Assembly: GCA_965223845.1 (NCBI GenBank)
Contig: CBDCXR010000004.1
Span: forward strand, 3,787,334-3,851,333
Reading direction: 5' to 3'
Length of the DNA: 64,000 nt
Source: Planctomycetota bacterium
GTDB lineage: Bacteria > Planctomycetota > UBA8108 > SXIK01
The notes under the pieces are model-generated. The model made no database searches and was not told the origin of the DNA. It saw only the letters and a list, made by a program, of their open reading frames with translations. This document shows, piece by piece, positions 30,026 to 39,678 of the stretch; within the stretch, counting starts at the first letter, position 1; each line of letters begins with the position of its first letter. A program made the position numbers and the translations under genes.

Positions 30026-31039
30026 CTAGATCCCGAAGTCGTACTGATCGATGTTCTCGCGCGTGAACCGGATCGGCTCCGAAAGGATGACCACGCGATC
30101 GTCGCGCGGACTGAAGACTAGCTCGCCGTGACCGGGAACGCTTACGCCGGGCGCCACCGGCTCGCCGCCGACGAGCCGCGCCGCGAGCCGGACCGTGAGC
30201 GAGCCGAGAGCGCGCGGGTCCCAGAGGTAAAAGCTCTCGAGGACGCCCTCCTTCACGTAGGAGCGCATCTTGTTCGGCGTCGAATTGCCCACGAGAGCTA
30301 CCGCCCCAGCGCGCCCCGTACGCTTCAAGGCCTCCGCCGCACCCGGCACGGAGTTCGAGTCGAACGCGATGATCCCGCGGAGATCGGGAACGGCGTTGAG
30401 AAGGGTCGCCACCTTCTGTCGTGCTTCGTTCTCGTTCTCGTTCGTGACGACGGTCTCCGCGAGAACGAGCTCGGGGTAACGCTCCGCAGCCCGCGCCTCC
30501 GCGATGCGACGCCACGTGTTCAGGTTCGCTGCGTCGAGGCTGCCGATGACGACGGCCCACTTACCCTTCTCGCCCATCTGGCGCGCCAGATCGTCGATGA
30601 GGCGCTCGCCGAGAACTTGGTCGTCGATCTGATTCACCATGATCTCGCGCGTGCTCTCGGCGGCGTCCGTGTCCCACGTGAGAACCTTGATCCCGGCGGC
30701 CTGAGCTTTCGAGATGAACTTCGCCATCGATTTCGGCTGATTCGGAGCGACGCAGATCGCATCGACCCGCTGACGGATCCAGGTGTCGACAAAGCGCGTT
30801 TGCTCCGCGGCGCTCGCCGTCGTCGGACCGTCGTAGATCAACTGAACTCCGAGCTCTTCCGCCGCCTTTCGCGCCCCTCGCTCGCAGGCGTCGAAATAAT
30901 CGATGTTGATGAGCTTCGGCATCATGGCGATCACGACCCGATCGCTCGACGCCCCCGAATCGCAGGCCGAAAGCACCACGCCCAAGATAGCGACGAGCAC
31001 CGACCTCACACCCGCCTCCGCCCGCGTCGATCTGCGCAT
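30026..31039 (-). CDS. Sugar ABC transporter substrate-binding lipoprotein (type I periplasmic binding protein; RbsB/LsrB/RhaS-like)
   Basis: Lipoprotein signal (..VVLSAC), PBP type I fold similarity; last gene of the transporter operon. Confidence 0.75.
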   Translation of the reverse strand: MRRSTRAEAGVRSVLVAILGVVLSACDSGASSDRVVIAMMPKLINIDYFDACERGARKAAEELGVQLIYDGPTTASAAEQTRFVDTWIRQRVDAICVAPNQPKSMAKFISKAQAAGIKVLTWDTDAAESTREIMVNQIDDQVLGERLIDDLARQMGEKGKWAVVIGSLDAANLNTWRRIAEARAAERYPELVLAETVVTNENENEARQKVATLLNAVPDLRGIIAFDSNSVPGAAEALKRTGRAGAVALVGNSTPNKMRSYVKEGVLESFYLWDPRALGSLTVRLAARLVGGEPVAPGVSVPGHGELVFSPRDDRVVILSEPIRFTRENIDQYDFGI

Positions 31040-31187
31040 TCCAAACTCCTTTCGATACTCCGCATCCAGAGGTTTGGTTCCCGTACCTGTCCCCTGCTCC
31101 GATAGGCGAACGATTTCACACTCCTGGCCCTCACACCTCAAACTCTCTCTTCTGGTCTCCCGTCGGAAACGAAGCTTGCGCGGACTC

Positions 31188-32144
31188 CTAGCGTTCGCGG
31201 TGAAGCCACACTCCGCTGATCAGAAGCAGGCCGAGAAGCACAGGATCGAGGTGACTGATCTTGAACGGAAGGTTCGCGTCGCCCCAGAGCGCCGCACTGC
31301 GAAGGCCCTCCTCGAGTGCCGCGATCACCAAAACTCCGAGAATCGAACCGCGGAGGGAGCCGAAGCCGCCGTCGACCCTCGTGCCTCCGAGGACGACGGC
31401 GACGATGACGCGGAGCTCGAGCCCCCCGAGCGCACTCGCACTCACCGAGCTGTTTCTCGCCGTGAACGCAATCGCGGCAAAGAAGGCGAGACCACCCATG
31501 AGGGCGTAGGTTTCGACGAGCCTTCGCTCGACGCGAATCCCGGCGTAGCGCGCGGCGACACGGTTCCCTCCGATGACGAGGAGCTCTCGCTGCCATCGCG
31601 CCGCGCGGAGCCAAGCCCCGCCGCCGAGAAAGAGGACGAGCGTGAACACGCCGACGAATCCGAGCTCACCGAGTGCCCCGTATCCCGGGACCGAGACGAA
31701 CGGAGCCCGCTCGGCGTCACCGAGAAGCACGAAGCACAGTCCACGGAAGAGAATCATCGTTCCGAGGGTCGCGATCAGCGGCGGCATGTGGAGCCGGGCG
31801 ACGAGCACTCCGTTCGCCAGGCCCGCGGTGAACCCGACGGCAAGCCCGAGCGGAAGCGCGGTCATCCAGAACCCCATCCCACCGTCGATGCAGGCCATCG
31901 CTGCGGCGACGAGCGCCACCATCGAACCGACGGAGAGGTCGATGCCACCGGTCTCGAGGACGAGCGTCATTCCGAACGCGAGGAAGAGGAGCGGCGCCGA
32001 TTGGACGATGAGATCCGACGAGTACGAAGCGAGGTAGCTCGCGACATCGCCGACGGATGCGAAACGAGCGCCGCTGATGGCCGTAAAGAGCACAACCTCG
32101 AGAACGAGCACTCCGGCGAGAATCCAGTGGCGCTTCGCGCTCAT
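31188..32144 (-). CDS. Sugar ABC transporter permease (RbsC/branched-chain family)
   Basis: Multi-TM protein starting MSAKRHWILAGVL...; ATGA overlap with upstream permease; C-terminal part of the listed 640-aa ORF. Confidence 0.75.
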   Translation of the reverse strand: MSAKRHWILAGVLVLEVVLFTAISGARFASVGDVASYLASYSSDLIVQSAPLLFLAFGMTLVLETGGIDLSVGSMVALVAAAMACIDGGMGFWMTALPLGLAVGFTAGLANGVLVARLHMPPLIATLGTMILFRGLCFVLLGDAERAPFVSVPGYGALGELGFVGVFTLVLFLGGGAWLRAARWQRELLVIGGNRVAARYAGIRVERRLVETYALMGGLAFFAAIAFTARNSSVSASALGGLELRVIVAVVLGGTRVDGGFGSLRGSILGVLVIAALEEGLRSAALWGDANLPFKISHLDPVLLGLLLISGVWLHRER

Positions 32145-33124
32145 CGCAGCTCCTCTTCGAGCTTCGCGCGGCGGCCGATCAAGCAATCCGCCCCGATGAC
32201 GAGCACGATCGCACCGCCGATGACGACCTCCCGCGCGTAGGGATTTACGCCGGAGTAGATCAGCGCCTGCTGCGCGAAATAGAGGAAGAACGCGCCCAGA
32301 ATCGTCCCGAGATAGCTGCCCTCTCCGCCGAAGATATTCGTTCCGCCGAGAACCACCGCGCCGACGACCGTCAATTCGAAGCCGCGCATCATGCGAGCCG
32401 GCTCGATCGCCTGGATCTGAGTGACGGCGACGAGCGCCGCGGCACCGAGGAACACGCCACCGACCGCGAACGCACTCAGAAGTATGCGGCCGGAATCGAG
32501 GCCTTGGAGTCGGCACGCCGCGGGCGAGTTGCCGCGCGCGAGCCAGCGGCGCGGAGTCTCCGCACTCGCCTCCCACACGATCGCCACCACCACCGCGACG
32601 AGCGCGATCGAGCCGGCGTAAAACTTTCCCGGGAGATGGAACGCGTCGTCGGGAACGGACACGTTGCCGCTGAACCCGTCGATCGTGAGGTCGGCGACGA
32701 TGAGAGCGAGGCCACGGTAGAGCGGGAGCGCGCCGAGGGTCACGATGATCGCGGGAATCCCCAGCGCGCGGACGAGCGCACCGTTGACGAACGAAAGTCC
32801 GCCGGCGGTGAGGAAGAGAACGGCGTAGCACGTCGCGGGCGACGCTCCGAGGTGGACGCAGACGCCGAAGAGCGTTCCGGCGAACGCGATCACGCTTCCG
32901 ACCGAGAGATCGATCGCACCGGAGCAGACGATCCCGGTCATCCCGAGTGACGCGAGCAGGACCGGCGCGCAATCCGGTCCGGCTTGCGCAAGGACGGCTC
33001 GAAACGAAGCCCCCTCTCGAAGCTGCGCCGCGATCCAGACGAGGAGGAGCGCGTTTCCGCCGAGGAGAACCCACACCCGCAAGCGAAGCGGTGCGGAGAG
33101 TCGAGACCACAACTCTTTCGTCAT
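32141..33124 (-). CDS. Sugar ABC transporter permease
   Basis: Multi-TM, paralogous to 31188..32144; ATGA overlap with upstream ATPase gene. Confidence 0.75.
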   Translation of the reverse strand: MTKELWSRLSAPLRLRVWVLLGGNALLLVWIAAQLREGASFRAVLAQAGPDCAPVLLASLGMTGIVCSGAIDLSVGSVIAFAGTLFGVCVHLGASPATCYAVLFLTAGGLSFVNGALVRALGIPAIIVTLGALPLYRGLALIVADLTIDGFSGNVSVPDDAFHLPGKFYAGSIALVAVVVAIVWEASAETPRRWLARGNSPAACRLQGLDSGRILLSAFAVGGVFLGAAALVAVTQIQAIEPARMMRGFELTVVGAVVLGGTNIFGGEGSYLGTILGAFFLYFAQQALIYSGVNPYAREVVIGGAIVLVIGADCLIGRRAKLEEELR

Positions 33125-34641
33125 CGCTCGTCGTCCTCGTCGCCGGCCCCGATCGCAGCCAGCAGCGCGTCCGCCGGAGTCCGCCGCGCTCCCGTGAGCT
33201 CGTCGACGATGCGTCCCTCCCGCACGACGAGGACTCGATCGCCGAGAGCGACGACCTCCGGCAAGTCGCTCGACACGACGAGCACCGCGACCCCGCGCGC
33301 CGCGAGGTCGCGCACCATCGCGTGGATCTCCGCCTTCGCTCCGACGTCGACGCCTCGCGTCGGCTCGTCGAGGATGAGGACGCTCGGCTCGCGCTCGAGC
33401 GCGCGCGCGAGTACTGCCTTCTGCTGGTTTCCCCCGCTGAGCGTGGCGATCGGCTGAGTCACGTCCGCCGTGACGATGCGGTAGTCGCGGACGAGTCGAC
33501 TCACCGTTTCCGCGACGCGACGCGGCGGCGCAACCCCCCAGCGCGTGATGAGATCGCTAAACCCCACGCTCAGGTTGTCCGCGAGCGAATGATCGAGGAC
33601 GAGCGCCTGACCCGCCCGCTCCTCGGGTACGAGCACCACCCCGCGAGCGAGGGCATCGTAGGCGCTCTTCGGCGACCAGGCTTTGCCGTGAAGACTCAGT
33701 GCTCCGGCACGGAGAGGCACGAGACCGAAGAGAGCGCGCGCGATCTCCGATCGACCGGCGCCGACGAGACCCGCGAGCGCGACGATCTCACCGCGGTGAA
33801 GTGAGAACGAAATGTCCTCGAACTCTCCGGAGCGAGAGATCCCGCTTACCTCGAGGACGGGCGGCCCCGGCTCCGATCGCGGACGAGGGGTTTTCTCCGC
33901 GAGCGTACGTCCGACCATCGCCCGCACGATGGTCGAGGCATCCACTTCCCGTGCAACATGCACCGCGACGAGCGCGCCGTCGCGAAGAACGGCGATGCGA
34001 TCGGCGATCGCGAGAACTTCCTCGAGGCGGTGCGAGACGTAGAGAGCCGAACGACCGCTCGCGCGGATGCGCCGGAGCTGGTCGAAAAGACGATCGACAT
34101 CGGGGCCGCTCAGACTCGCGGTCGGCTCGTCGAGAACGAGCAAGCGGGCGTCTCGTGCGACTTCCCTCGCGATCGCTACCTCCTGCTTCTCCGCCGCGCT
34201 CAGCCGGCCGAACGCCGTTCGCGGCTCGACGGCGACGCCCGATCGCGTCAGGCGGGCGAGAGCGAGCGCGTGGAGAGCCTCCCAGTCGACGGCGCCCCAC
34301 TTCCGCCGCGGCCACGGCTCGCCGAGGAGCAGATTCTCGCTGACGCTCAGCCGATCGAAGTACGTGAGCTCCTGGTGGATCGTCGCGATCCCGGCCGCGT
34401 GCGCGGCGCGGGGATCAGCGAAGTCGACGCGGGCGCCGGCGAGCGTGATCTCTCCGGCGTCGGGAGCGTGAACGCCGCTCAGGATCTTGATCAGCGTCGA
34501 TTTTCCCGCGCCGTTCTCACCGACGAGCGCGAGGACTTCGGCGCGGTGGACATCGAGGTCGATCGGATGCAGCGCCGGAACGCCGGAGTACGACTTCTCC
34601 ACTCCTCGAAGCGAACACAGCGGGCCGTCGCTCAAAGACAT
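33121..34641 (-). CDS. Sugar ABC transporter ATP-binding protein (tandem, two ABC domains)
   Basis: Two Walker A (GENGAGKST, GLVGAGRSE), two signatures (LSAAEKQ.., LSGGNQQK), two Walker B (LLVLDEPT, VLILDEPT); start MSLSDGP. Confidence 0.85.
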   Translation of the reverse strand: MSLSDGPLCSLRGVEKSYSGVPALHPIDLDVHRAEVLALVGENGAGKSTLIKILSGVHAPDAGEITLAGARVDFADPRAAHAAGIATIHQELTYFDRLSVSENLLLGEPWPRRKWGAVDWEALHALALARLTRSGVAVEPRTAFGRLSAAEKQEVAIAREVARDARLLVLDEPTASLSGPDVDRLFDQLRRIRASGRSALYVSHRLEEVLAIADRIAVLRDGALVAVHVAREVDASTIVRAMVGRTLAEKTPRPRSEPGPPVLEVSGISRSGEFEDISFSLHRGEIVALAGLVGAGRSEIARALFGLVPLRAGALSLHGKAWSPKSAYDALARGVVLVPEERAGQALVLDHSLADNLSVGFSDLITRWGVAPPRRVAETVSRLVRDYRIVTADVTQPIATLSGGNQQKAVLARALEREPSVLILDEPTRGVDVGAKAEIHAMVRDLAARGVAVLVVSSDLPEVVALGDRVLVVREGRIVDELTGARRTPADALLAAIGAGDEDDER

Positions 34642-35606
34642 CGCCAGAGCATGAACGCGCAGTAGCCGACGAGGAGCACGCCGCCCTCGGGACGACTGAT
34701 CCGCCGCGGTCCGACGACCGAGAAGCAGAGGACGAGCACCGAGAAGAGAGACGCGGCCGCGAAGTCCCACACCCCACCGGCCGGAACCTGCACGGAGCCG
34801 ATGGACGCCGTCACGCCGAGCACGAAGAGAAGATTGAAAATATTCGATCCGACGACGTTCCCGACCGCGATATCGGTCTCGCCGCGTCGGGCAGCGACGA
34901 TGGTGGCGACGAGCTCCGGGAGGCTCGTACCGAAGGCGACGAGCGTGAGTCCGATGATCGCTTCGGGAACGTCGAGCGCCCGTGCGATGGAAGCGGCGGA
35001 ATCGACGGTCAGCGTGGCGCCGCCGGCGAGACCAAAGGCTCCACCGACGACGAGGAAGAGATTCTTGACGAGCGATCGCGGCTCGACCGACGCGGTGCTG
35101 CGCTCGACGTCGTCGCGAAACCCACCCGCTGCCCGCTGACTGAGTGCGTCCCGCGCGGCGTTGTAGAGGAAGATGCAGAAGAGGAGAAGAAGAAGGACGC
35201 CGTCGGTGCGATCGAACTCGGAGACCTGACCGCGGAGGATCGTGTCGAGCGCCATCACGAACGCCGCCGCCGTGGCGAGGAGCATCGTCGGGATTTCCCG
35301 CGGTACGACCGAACCGGTGACCATGAGCGGACGGACGAGCGCTCCGCACGCGAGCACGAGACCGACGTTCGCGATGTTGGAGCCGACGACATTCCCAAAC
35401 GGAAGCTCGGCTCGCCCCTGGAGAATGGCGCTCACGTTGACGGCGAGTTCGGGCGCGCTGGTCCCGAAGGAAACGACGGTGAGGCCGACGACGAGTGGGG
35501 AGACTCCGAAGGATCGTGCGATTCCCGCCGCACCGCGAACGAGCCACTCTCCGCCGATGACCAGCACGACCAGTCCGGTCACCAACCATAGGAAGTCGTA
35601 AACCAA
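34632..35606 (-). CDS. Ca2+:cation antiporter (CaCA family, YrbG-like Na+/Ca2+ exchanger)
   Basis: Two alpha-repeats (GTSAPELAVN, GTSLPELVAT), 10 TM helices; start uncertain (TTG 35606 proposed, alternatives 35774 / 35825). Confidence 0.65.
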   Translation of the reverse strand: MVYDFLWLVTGLVVLVIGGEWLVRGAAGIARSFGVSPLVVGLTVVSFGTSAPELAVNVSAILQGRAELPFGNVVGSNIANVGLVLACGALVRPLMVTGSVVPREIPTMLLATAAAFVMALDTILRGQVSEFDRTDGVLLLLLFCIFLYNAARDALSQRAAGGFRDDVERSTASVEPRSLVKNLFLVVGGAFGLAGGATLTVDSAASIARALDVPEAIIGLTLVAFGTSLPELVATIVAARRGETDIAVGNVVGSNIFNLLFVLGVTASIGSVQVPAGGVWDFAAASLFSVLVLCFSVVGPRRISRPEGGVLLVGYCAFMLWRCL

Positions 35607-35826
35607 CGATGAACTCCCGCCTTCGGTCGAGCGCGACAAGTGACCGAGAGAGCCTACCGGAGGGGCGTTCGAGGATTCAAGCCCGGCGCACGAGTCAGGA
35701 CGAGCGGGGCCGGTTTGCGTTTCGATGCGATTCGCGATGCGCGGCGCGTTCGTTGGCGGCGGACGACGCATCCCGTATTCTGGTCGTTCCTCGTCAGACC
35801 CCATGCGATCCGAACTGGAGACCACG

Positions 35827-37062
35827 ATGAAGCCGCGCGTCGCCGTAGTGGCCTGCCTCGATACGAAAGGGCGCGAAACGGGCTTTCTCGCGGATCGACT
35901 GCGCGCCGAGGGCTGCGACGTTCACGTCGTCGACGTCGGGATTCAGGGAGAGCCGGCGTTCCCCGCGGAGACGACGCGGGAGCAAGTCGCGACCGCCGGT
36001 GGCACGACTCTGGGCGAGCTCCGCGCGCGCGGCGACCGCGGTCACGCGGTCGCGCACATGGCTCGCGGAGCAGCGGAAGTGGTCCGCGAGCTGTACGCGG
36101 ACGGACGGATCGACGGCATCATCGGTGCGGGTGGGTCCGCCAACACGACGATCGCCACGCGCGCGATGCAGACGCTTCCCGTCGGCGTTCCGAAACTCAT
36201 GGTGTCGACTCTGGCCTCCGGCGACGTCTCGCCGTACGTCGACACGAAGGACATCACGATGATGTACTCGGTTGTCGACATCGCCGGAATCAATCGCATC
36301 TCCCGGCGGATCCTCGACAACGCTGCACGCGCCATCGCGGCGATGACTCGCGCGGCGTCCGCGCCGGAGCCGGAGGAAACAGACCGTCCGCTCATCGCCG
36401 CGACGATGTTCGGCGTCACGACTCCGTGCGTCACCGCGGCGAAAGAGCACCTCGAAGCGCGCGGGTATGAAGTCTTAGTGTTCCACGCGACCGGAAGCGG
36501 CGGACGGGCGATGGAAGGACTGATCGCCGACGGATTCATCCGCGGTGTACTCGACATCACGACCACCGAGCTCGCCGACGAGCTCGTCGGCGGAATCCTG
36601 AGCGCGGGTCCCGACCGCCTCACGGCGGCCGCGCGGCACGGCGTTCCGCAGATCGTCTCCATCGGAGCGGTCGACATGTGCAACTTCGGCCCGCGAGACA
36701 GCGTGCCGAACGAGTTTGCCGCGCGAACGTTTTACGAGCACAATCCGACGGTGACGCTGATGCGCACCACCGCCGAGGAAAACGCGGAGATCGGACGACG
36801 CATCGCCGCGCGCGTCGGACGCTCGCGCGGTTCCTGCCGCGTCGTCGTGCCGCGACGAGGTGTTTCCGCAATCTCGACGGCGGGGCAGCCGTTTCACGAT
36901 CCACACGCGGACGCGGCGTGCATCGACGCCTTGAGGCGCGAGCTCCCGGACGGCATCCCCTGCGTCGAGCTGGACGAGGACATCAATGCACCCGCATTCG
37001 CGCTCGCGTGCGCTGACGCACTCCTCGAGCTGCTCGACGAAACGCACGAACGACCCTCGTGA
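35827..37062 (+). CDS. UPF0261 family protein (homologue of the N-terminal half of plant Tm-1)
   Basis: MKPRVAVVACLDTKG... full-length similarity to UPF0261. Confidence 0.7.
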   Translation: MKPRVAVVACLDTKGRETGFLADRLRAEGCDVHVVDVGIQGEPAFPAETTREQVATAGGTTLGELRARGDRGHAVAHMARGAAEVVRELYADGRIDGIIGAGGSANTTIATRAMQTLPVGVPKLMVSTLASGDVSPYVDTKDITMMYSVVDIAGINRISRRILDNAARAIAAMTRAASAPEPEETDRPLIAATMFGVTTPCVTAAKEHLEARGYEVLVFHATGSGGRAMEGLIADGFIRGVLDITTTELADELVGGILSAGPDRLTAAARHGVPQIVSIGAVDMCNFGPRDSVPNEFAARTFYEHNPTVTLMRTTAEENAEIGRRIAARVGRSRGSCRVVVPRRGVSAISTAGQPFHDPHADAACIDALRRELPDGIPCVELDEDINAPAFALACADALLELLDETHERPS

Positions 37063-37114
37063 CGTCGAGCGAGCCATCGCATTCGAGTATCGGCAACCCA
37101 TCTGAGGAAATCCC

Positions 37115-37945
37115 ATGGCGATTCCGCGTTCCGAAATCCTCCGGCGACTCCGCGATCAGATCGACCGTCGGCGACCGATCATCGGCGCCGGAGCGGGGAC
37201 GGGAATCACCGCGAAGTTCGCCGAGAAGGGCGGCGTCGATCTCATCATCATCTACAATTCGGGGCGATACCGGATGGCCGGGCGCGGCTCGCTCGCCGGC
37301 CTTCTTCCCTACGGCGACGCGAACGCGATCGTCGTCGACATGGCGCGCGAGGTCCTTCCCGTCGTCGACGACGTTCCCGTGCTCGCCGGCGTCTGCGGGA
37401 CGGATCCCTTTCGTGTCATGGACGTCTTTCTGCCGGAGCTCCAGCGCATCGGATTCTCCGGCGTGCAGAACTTTCCCACGGTCGGACTCTACGACGGCAA
37501 TCTACGCACGAATCTCGAAGAGACGGGGATGGGATACCGACTCGAGGTCGAGCTCGTCCGGAAGGCGCGCGCCCTCGATCTCTTCACCGCTCCGTACGTA
37601 TTCTCTCCCGAAGATGCGGTCGCGATGGCCGACGCCGGCGCGGACGTCCTCGTCCCTCACATGGGCCTCACGACGAAAGGGGCGATCGGAGCGCAGAGCG
37701 CTCGCTCTCTCGAGGAGTGTCCGGCCGTCATTCAAGAGATGGCAGACGCCGCCAAAGCAGTACGAGACGACGTCATCATCCTCTGCCACGGGGGACCGAT
37801 CAGCGAGCCGGCCGACGCGGAGTTCATACTCAAAAGGACGCGAGGCGTGGACGGGTTCTTCGGCGCCTCGTCGATCGAGCGGCTCGCGACGGAGCCCGCG
37901 ATCACACGGCAGACGGAAGCGTTCAAGTCGATCGCGATCGATTGA
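37115..37945 (+). CDS. Phosphoenolpyruvate hydrolase-like TIM-barrel protein (homologue of the Tm-1 C-terminal half)
   Basis: [36 protein letters not shown]... family similarity; immediately downstream of the UPF0261 gene. Confidence 0.7.
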   Translation: MAIPRSEILRRLRDQIDRRRPIIGAGAGTGITAKFAEKGGVDLIIIYNSGRYRMAGRGSLAGLLPYGDANAIVVDMAREVLPVVDDVPVLAGVCGTDPFRVMDVFLPELQRIGFSGVQNFPTVGLYDGNLRTNLEETGMGYRLEVELVRKARALDLFTAPYVFSPEDAVAMADAGADVLVPHMGLTTKGAIGAQSARSLEECPAVIQEMADAAKAVRDDVIILCHGGPISEPADAEFILKRTRGVDGFFGASSIERLATEPAITRQTEAFKSIAID

Positions 37946-37959
37946 TCCACGAGCAGCGC

Positions 37960-39678
37960 TCAATCGATCCCGAGCTCGATCTGAAGCCGCTCGAGGAGGA
38001 CGCGCTCGTACTCCGTCATGCTCGTCGCATCTGAACTCGCCGCTCTCGCCGCCTCGAGCGCTTCGTCGATGTTCCGAAGCTGTTGGTGAGCGATCGCGAG
38101 ATAGAGGAGGTTCGCACCGGCGGGAAAGAGCTCGGCGGCGCGCGTGAGATTTGCGATCGCCTCTTCCTCGTCCGCACCGAGGCGGAACTGAATCCAACCG
38201 AGGGTGTTGAGGACGATGCCTTCGAGTTCGGCGGGATCGATGGATCCACCGAAACTCTCCCAAAACTCCGGACGGCGCCCTCGAACGAGGCGCAGAGCTT
38301 CGGTCGCAATCCTCTCGGCAGTGACGAGTTCATCGTCGTCCATCGCCATGAACCAAGCGAGGTTGTTCGCGTCGTGCGCGCGAGCGAGCCACTGTGCCTG
38401 CGCCTTTTTTCCGGCCTCGTATCGGTGGCGGTAGATCTCTACGATGGTCGCGCGCACTTTGGCTGCGCGCGTCTCGAACCGAACCGCGCGAAGCATGTCG
38501 TGAAGCACGAATCCGACTTCCGCTTTTGCCGTGCTCCCGAAGGCGTCCCAGATTCTGATCGCTTGGTCGAGCATTCGTTCGACCGTGCCTTCGAGCGCCT
38601 CGACCTCTTCCGGCGCCGCGTTCTCTGCGAGCGCATCGCGCAGCTCCTTTCGGGCTCGAATGGCCCGGTAGAGGGAGTCGCGGACGAAGTATTCGACGTA
38701 CTCGGGAACTTCGGTCACATCGACGAGACGCCGCACCGACTCGAGATCCGCGTCGCCCCGGTGGAGCGCGGCCCGGAGAGGACGCCACTCGCGCCAAACC
38801 GGATGATGGACGGGAAAGACGGAGTAGGTTCCGAAGAGCACAAACGCCGCCCAAACGGCGACCGTCGCCGCGGCGCGTACGGGTCGAACGCTCGGGATCG
38901 CGCGAGCGAACGCGAGGAATCCGAGGACGGATCCCGTGACGAATCCCCCGAGGTGCGCGCTCGTCGCAATCCGAACCTCATCGCCCGCGAACGAACGTAT
39001 GAGTGCGCCGGTGATGAAGTGGTCGGCGATGAGAATCGTCGGGACGATCAGGAAGTACCGGCCACGAACGCGGAGTCGACCGTTCCGGACGTATCCGAAC
39101 ATGGCGACGAGCAACGCGCCGACGAGACCGTAGAGCGCACCCGACGCTCCGACTCCCAACCCCGAGGAAAACGCCTGGAACGCGAATCCGCCGCCGAGGG
39201 CACTCGCGAGGTAGAGCGTGAGGAATCGCGCGCGTCCGAGCCGAGGCTCGAGACGGATTCCGAACAGGTAGACGCCGAGCATGTTGAGGGCGATGTGCCC
39301 GAAGAACCCGTGCAGAAACGTCGCGGTGAGGATCCGCCAGTATTCGCCGTCCCAAACGCTGATCTGGAACTGCGCCCCGAGCTGCTCGATCGCCGGACTG
39401 CGCGCTTGGAGCCCGTAGACGATCACGTTCGCGAGGATGATCGCCATCGTGACCGGCGCGCGGCCGCGCCGGCGAGGCCTCTGCACGTCGCGACGCGGCG
39501 ACGCCTCCTCGGAGAACGTGTCGGCCGAGCCGTCCTCGCTCGTCGGCGGCGAGCGATCGGTTCCGAGCGGTCCCGACGCGCGCGGCGAATGGATCTCGTG
39601 ACTCTCGCGGCCGGGAACGGGCGGCGGAGTCGACGATCCCAGATGGAACTTCTCGTCCTCTCGCTCAGGCGCGGGCAT
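37960..39678 (-). CDS. Rhomboid-family intramembrane serine protease with about 300-aa C-terminal TPR-like/helical soluble domain
   Basis: Rhomboid core (RILTATFLHG..HIALNMLG.., GASGALYGLVGALL, AHLGGF); N-terminal 77 aa low-complexity; alternative start at MAIILANV (about 39447). Confidence 0.7.
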   Translation of the reverse strand: MPAPEREDEKFHLGSSTPPPVPGRESHEIHSPRASGPLGTDRSPPTSEDGSADTFSEEASPRRDVQRPRRRGRAPVTMAIILANVIVYGLQARSPAIEQLGAQFQISVWDGEYWRILTATFLHGFFGHIALNMLGVYLFGIRLEPRLGRARFLTLYLASALGGGFAFQAFSSGLGVGASGALYGLVGALLVAMFGYVRNGRLRVRGRYFLIVPTILIADHFITGALIRSFAGDEVRIATSAHLGGFVTGSVLGFLAFARAIPSVRPVRAAATVAVWAAFVLFGTYSVFPVHHPVWREWRPLRAALHRGDADLESVRRLVDVTEVPEYVEYFVRDSLYRAIRARKELRDALAENAAPEEVEALEGTVERMLDQAIRIWDAFGSTAKAEVGFVLHDMLRAVRFETRAAKVRATIVEIYRHRYEAGKKAQAQWLARAHDANNLAWFMAMDDDELVTAERIATEALRLVRGRRPEFWESFGGSIDPAELEGIVLNTLGWIQFRLGADEEEAIANLTRAAELFPAGANLLYLAIAHQQLRNIDEALEAARAASSDATSMTEYERVLLERLQIELGID

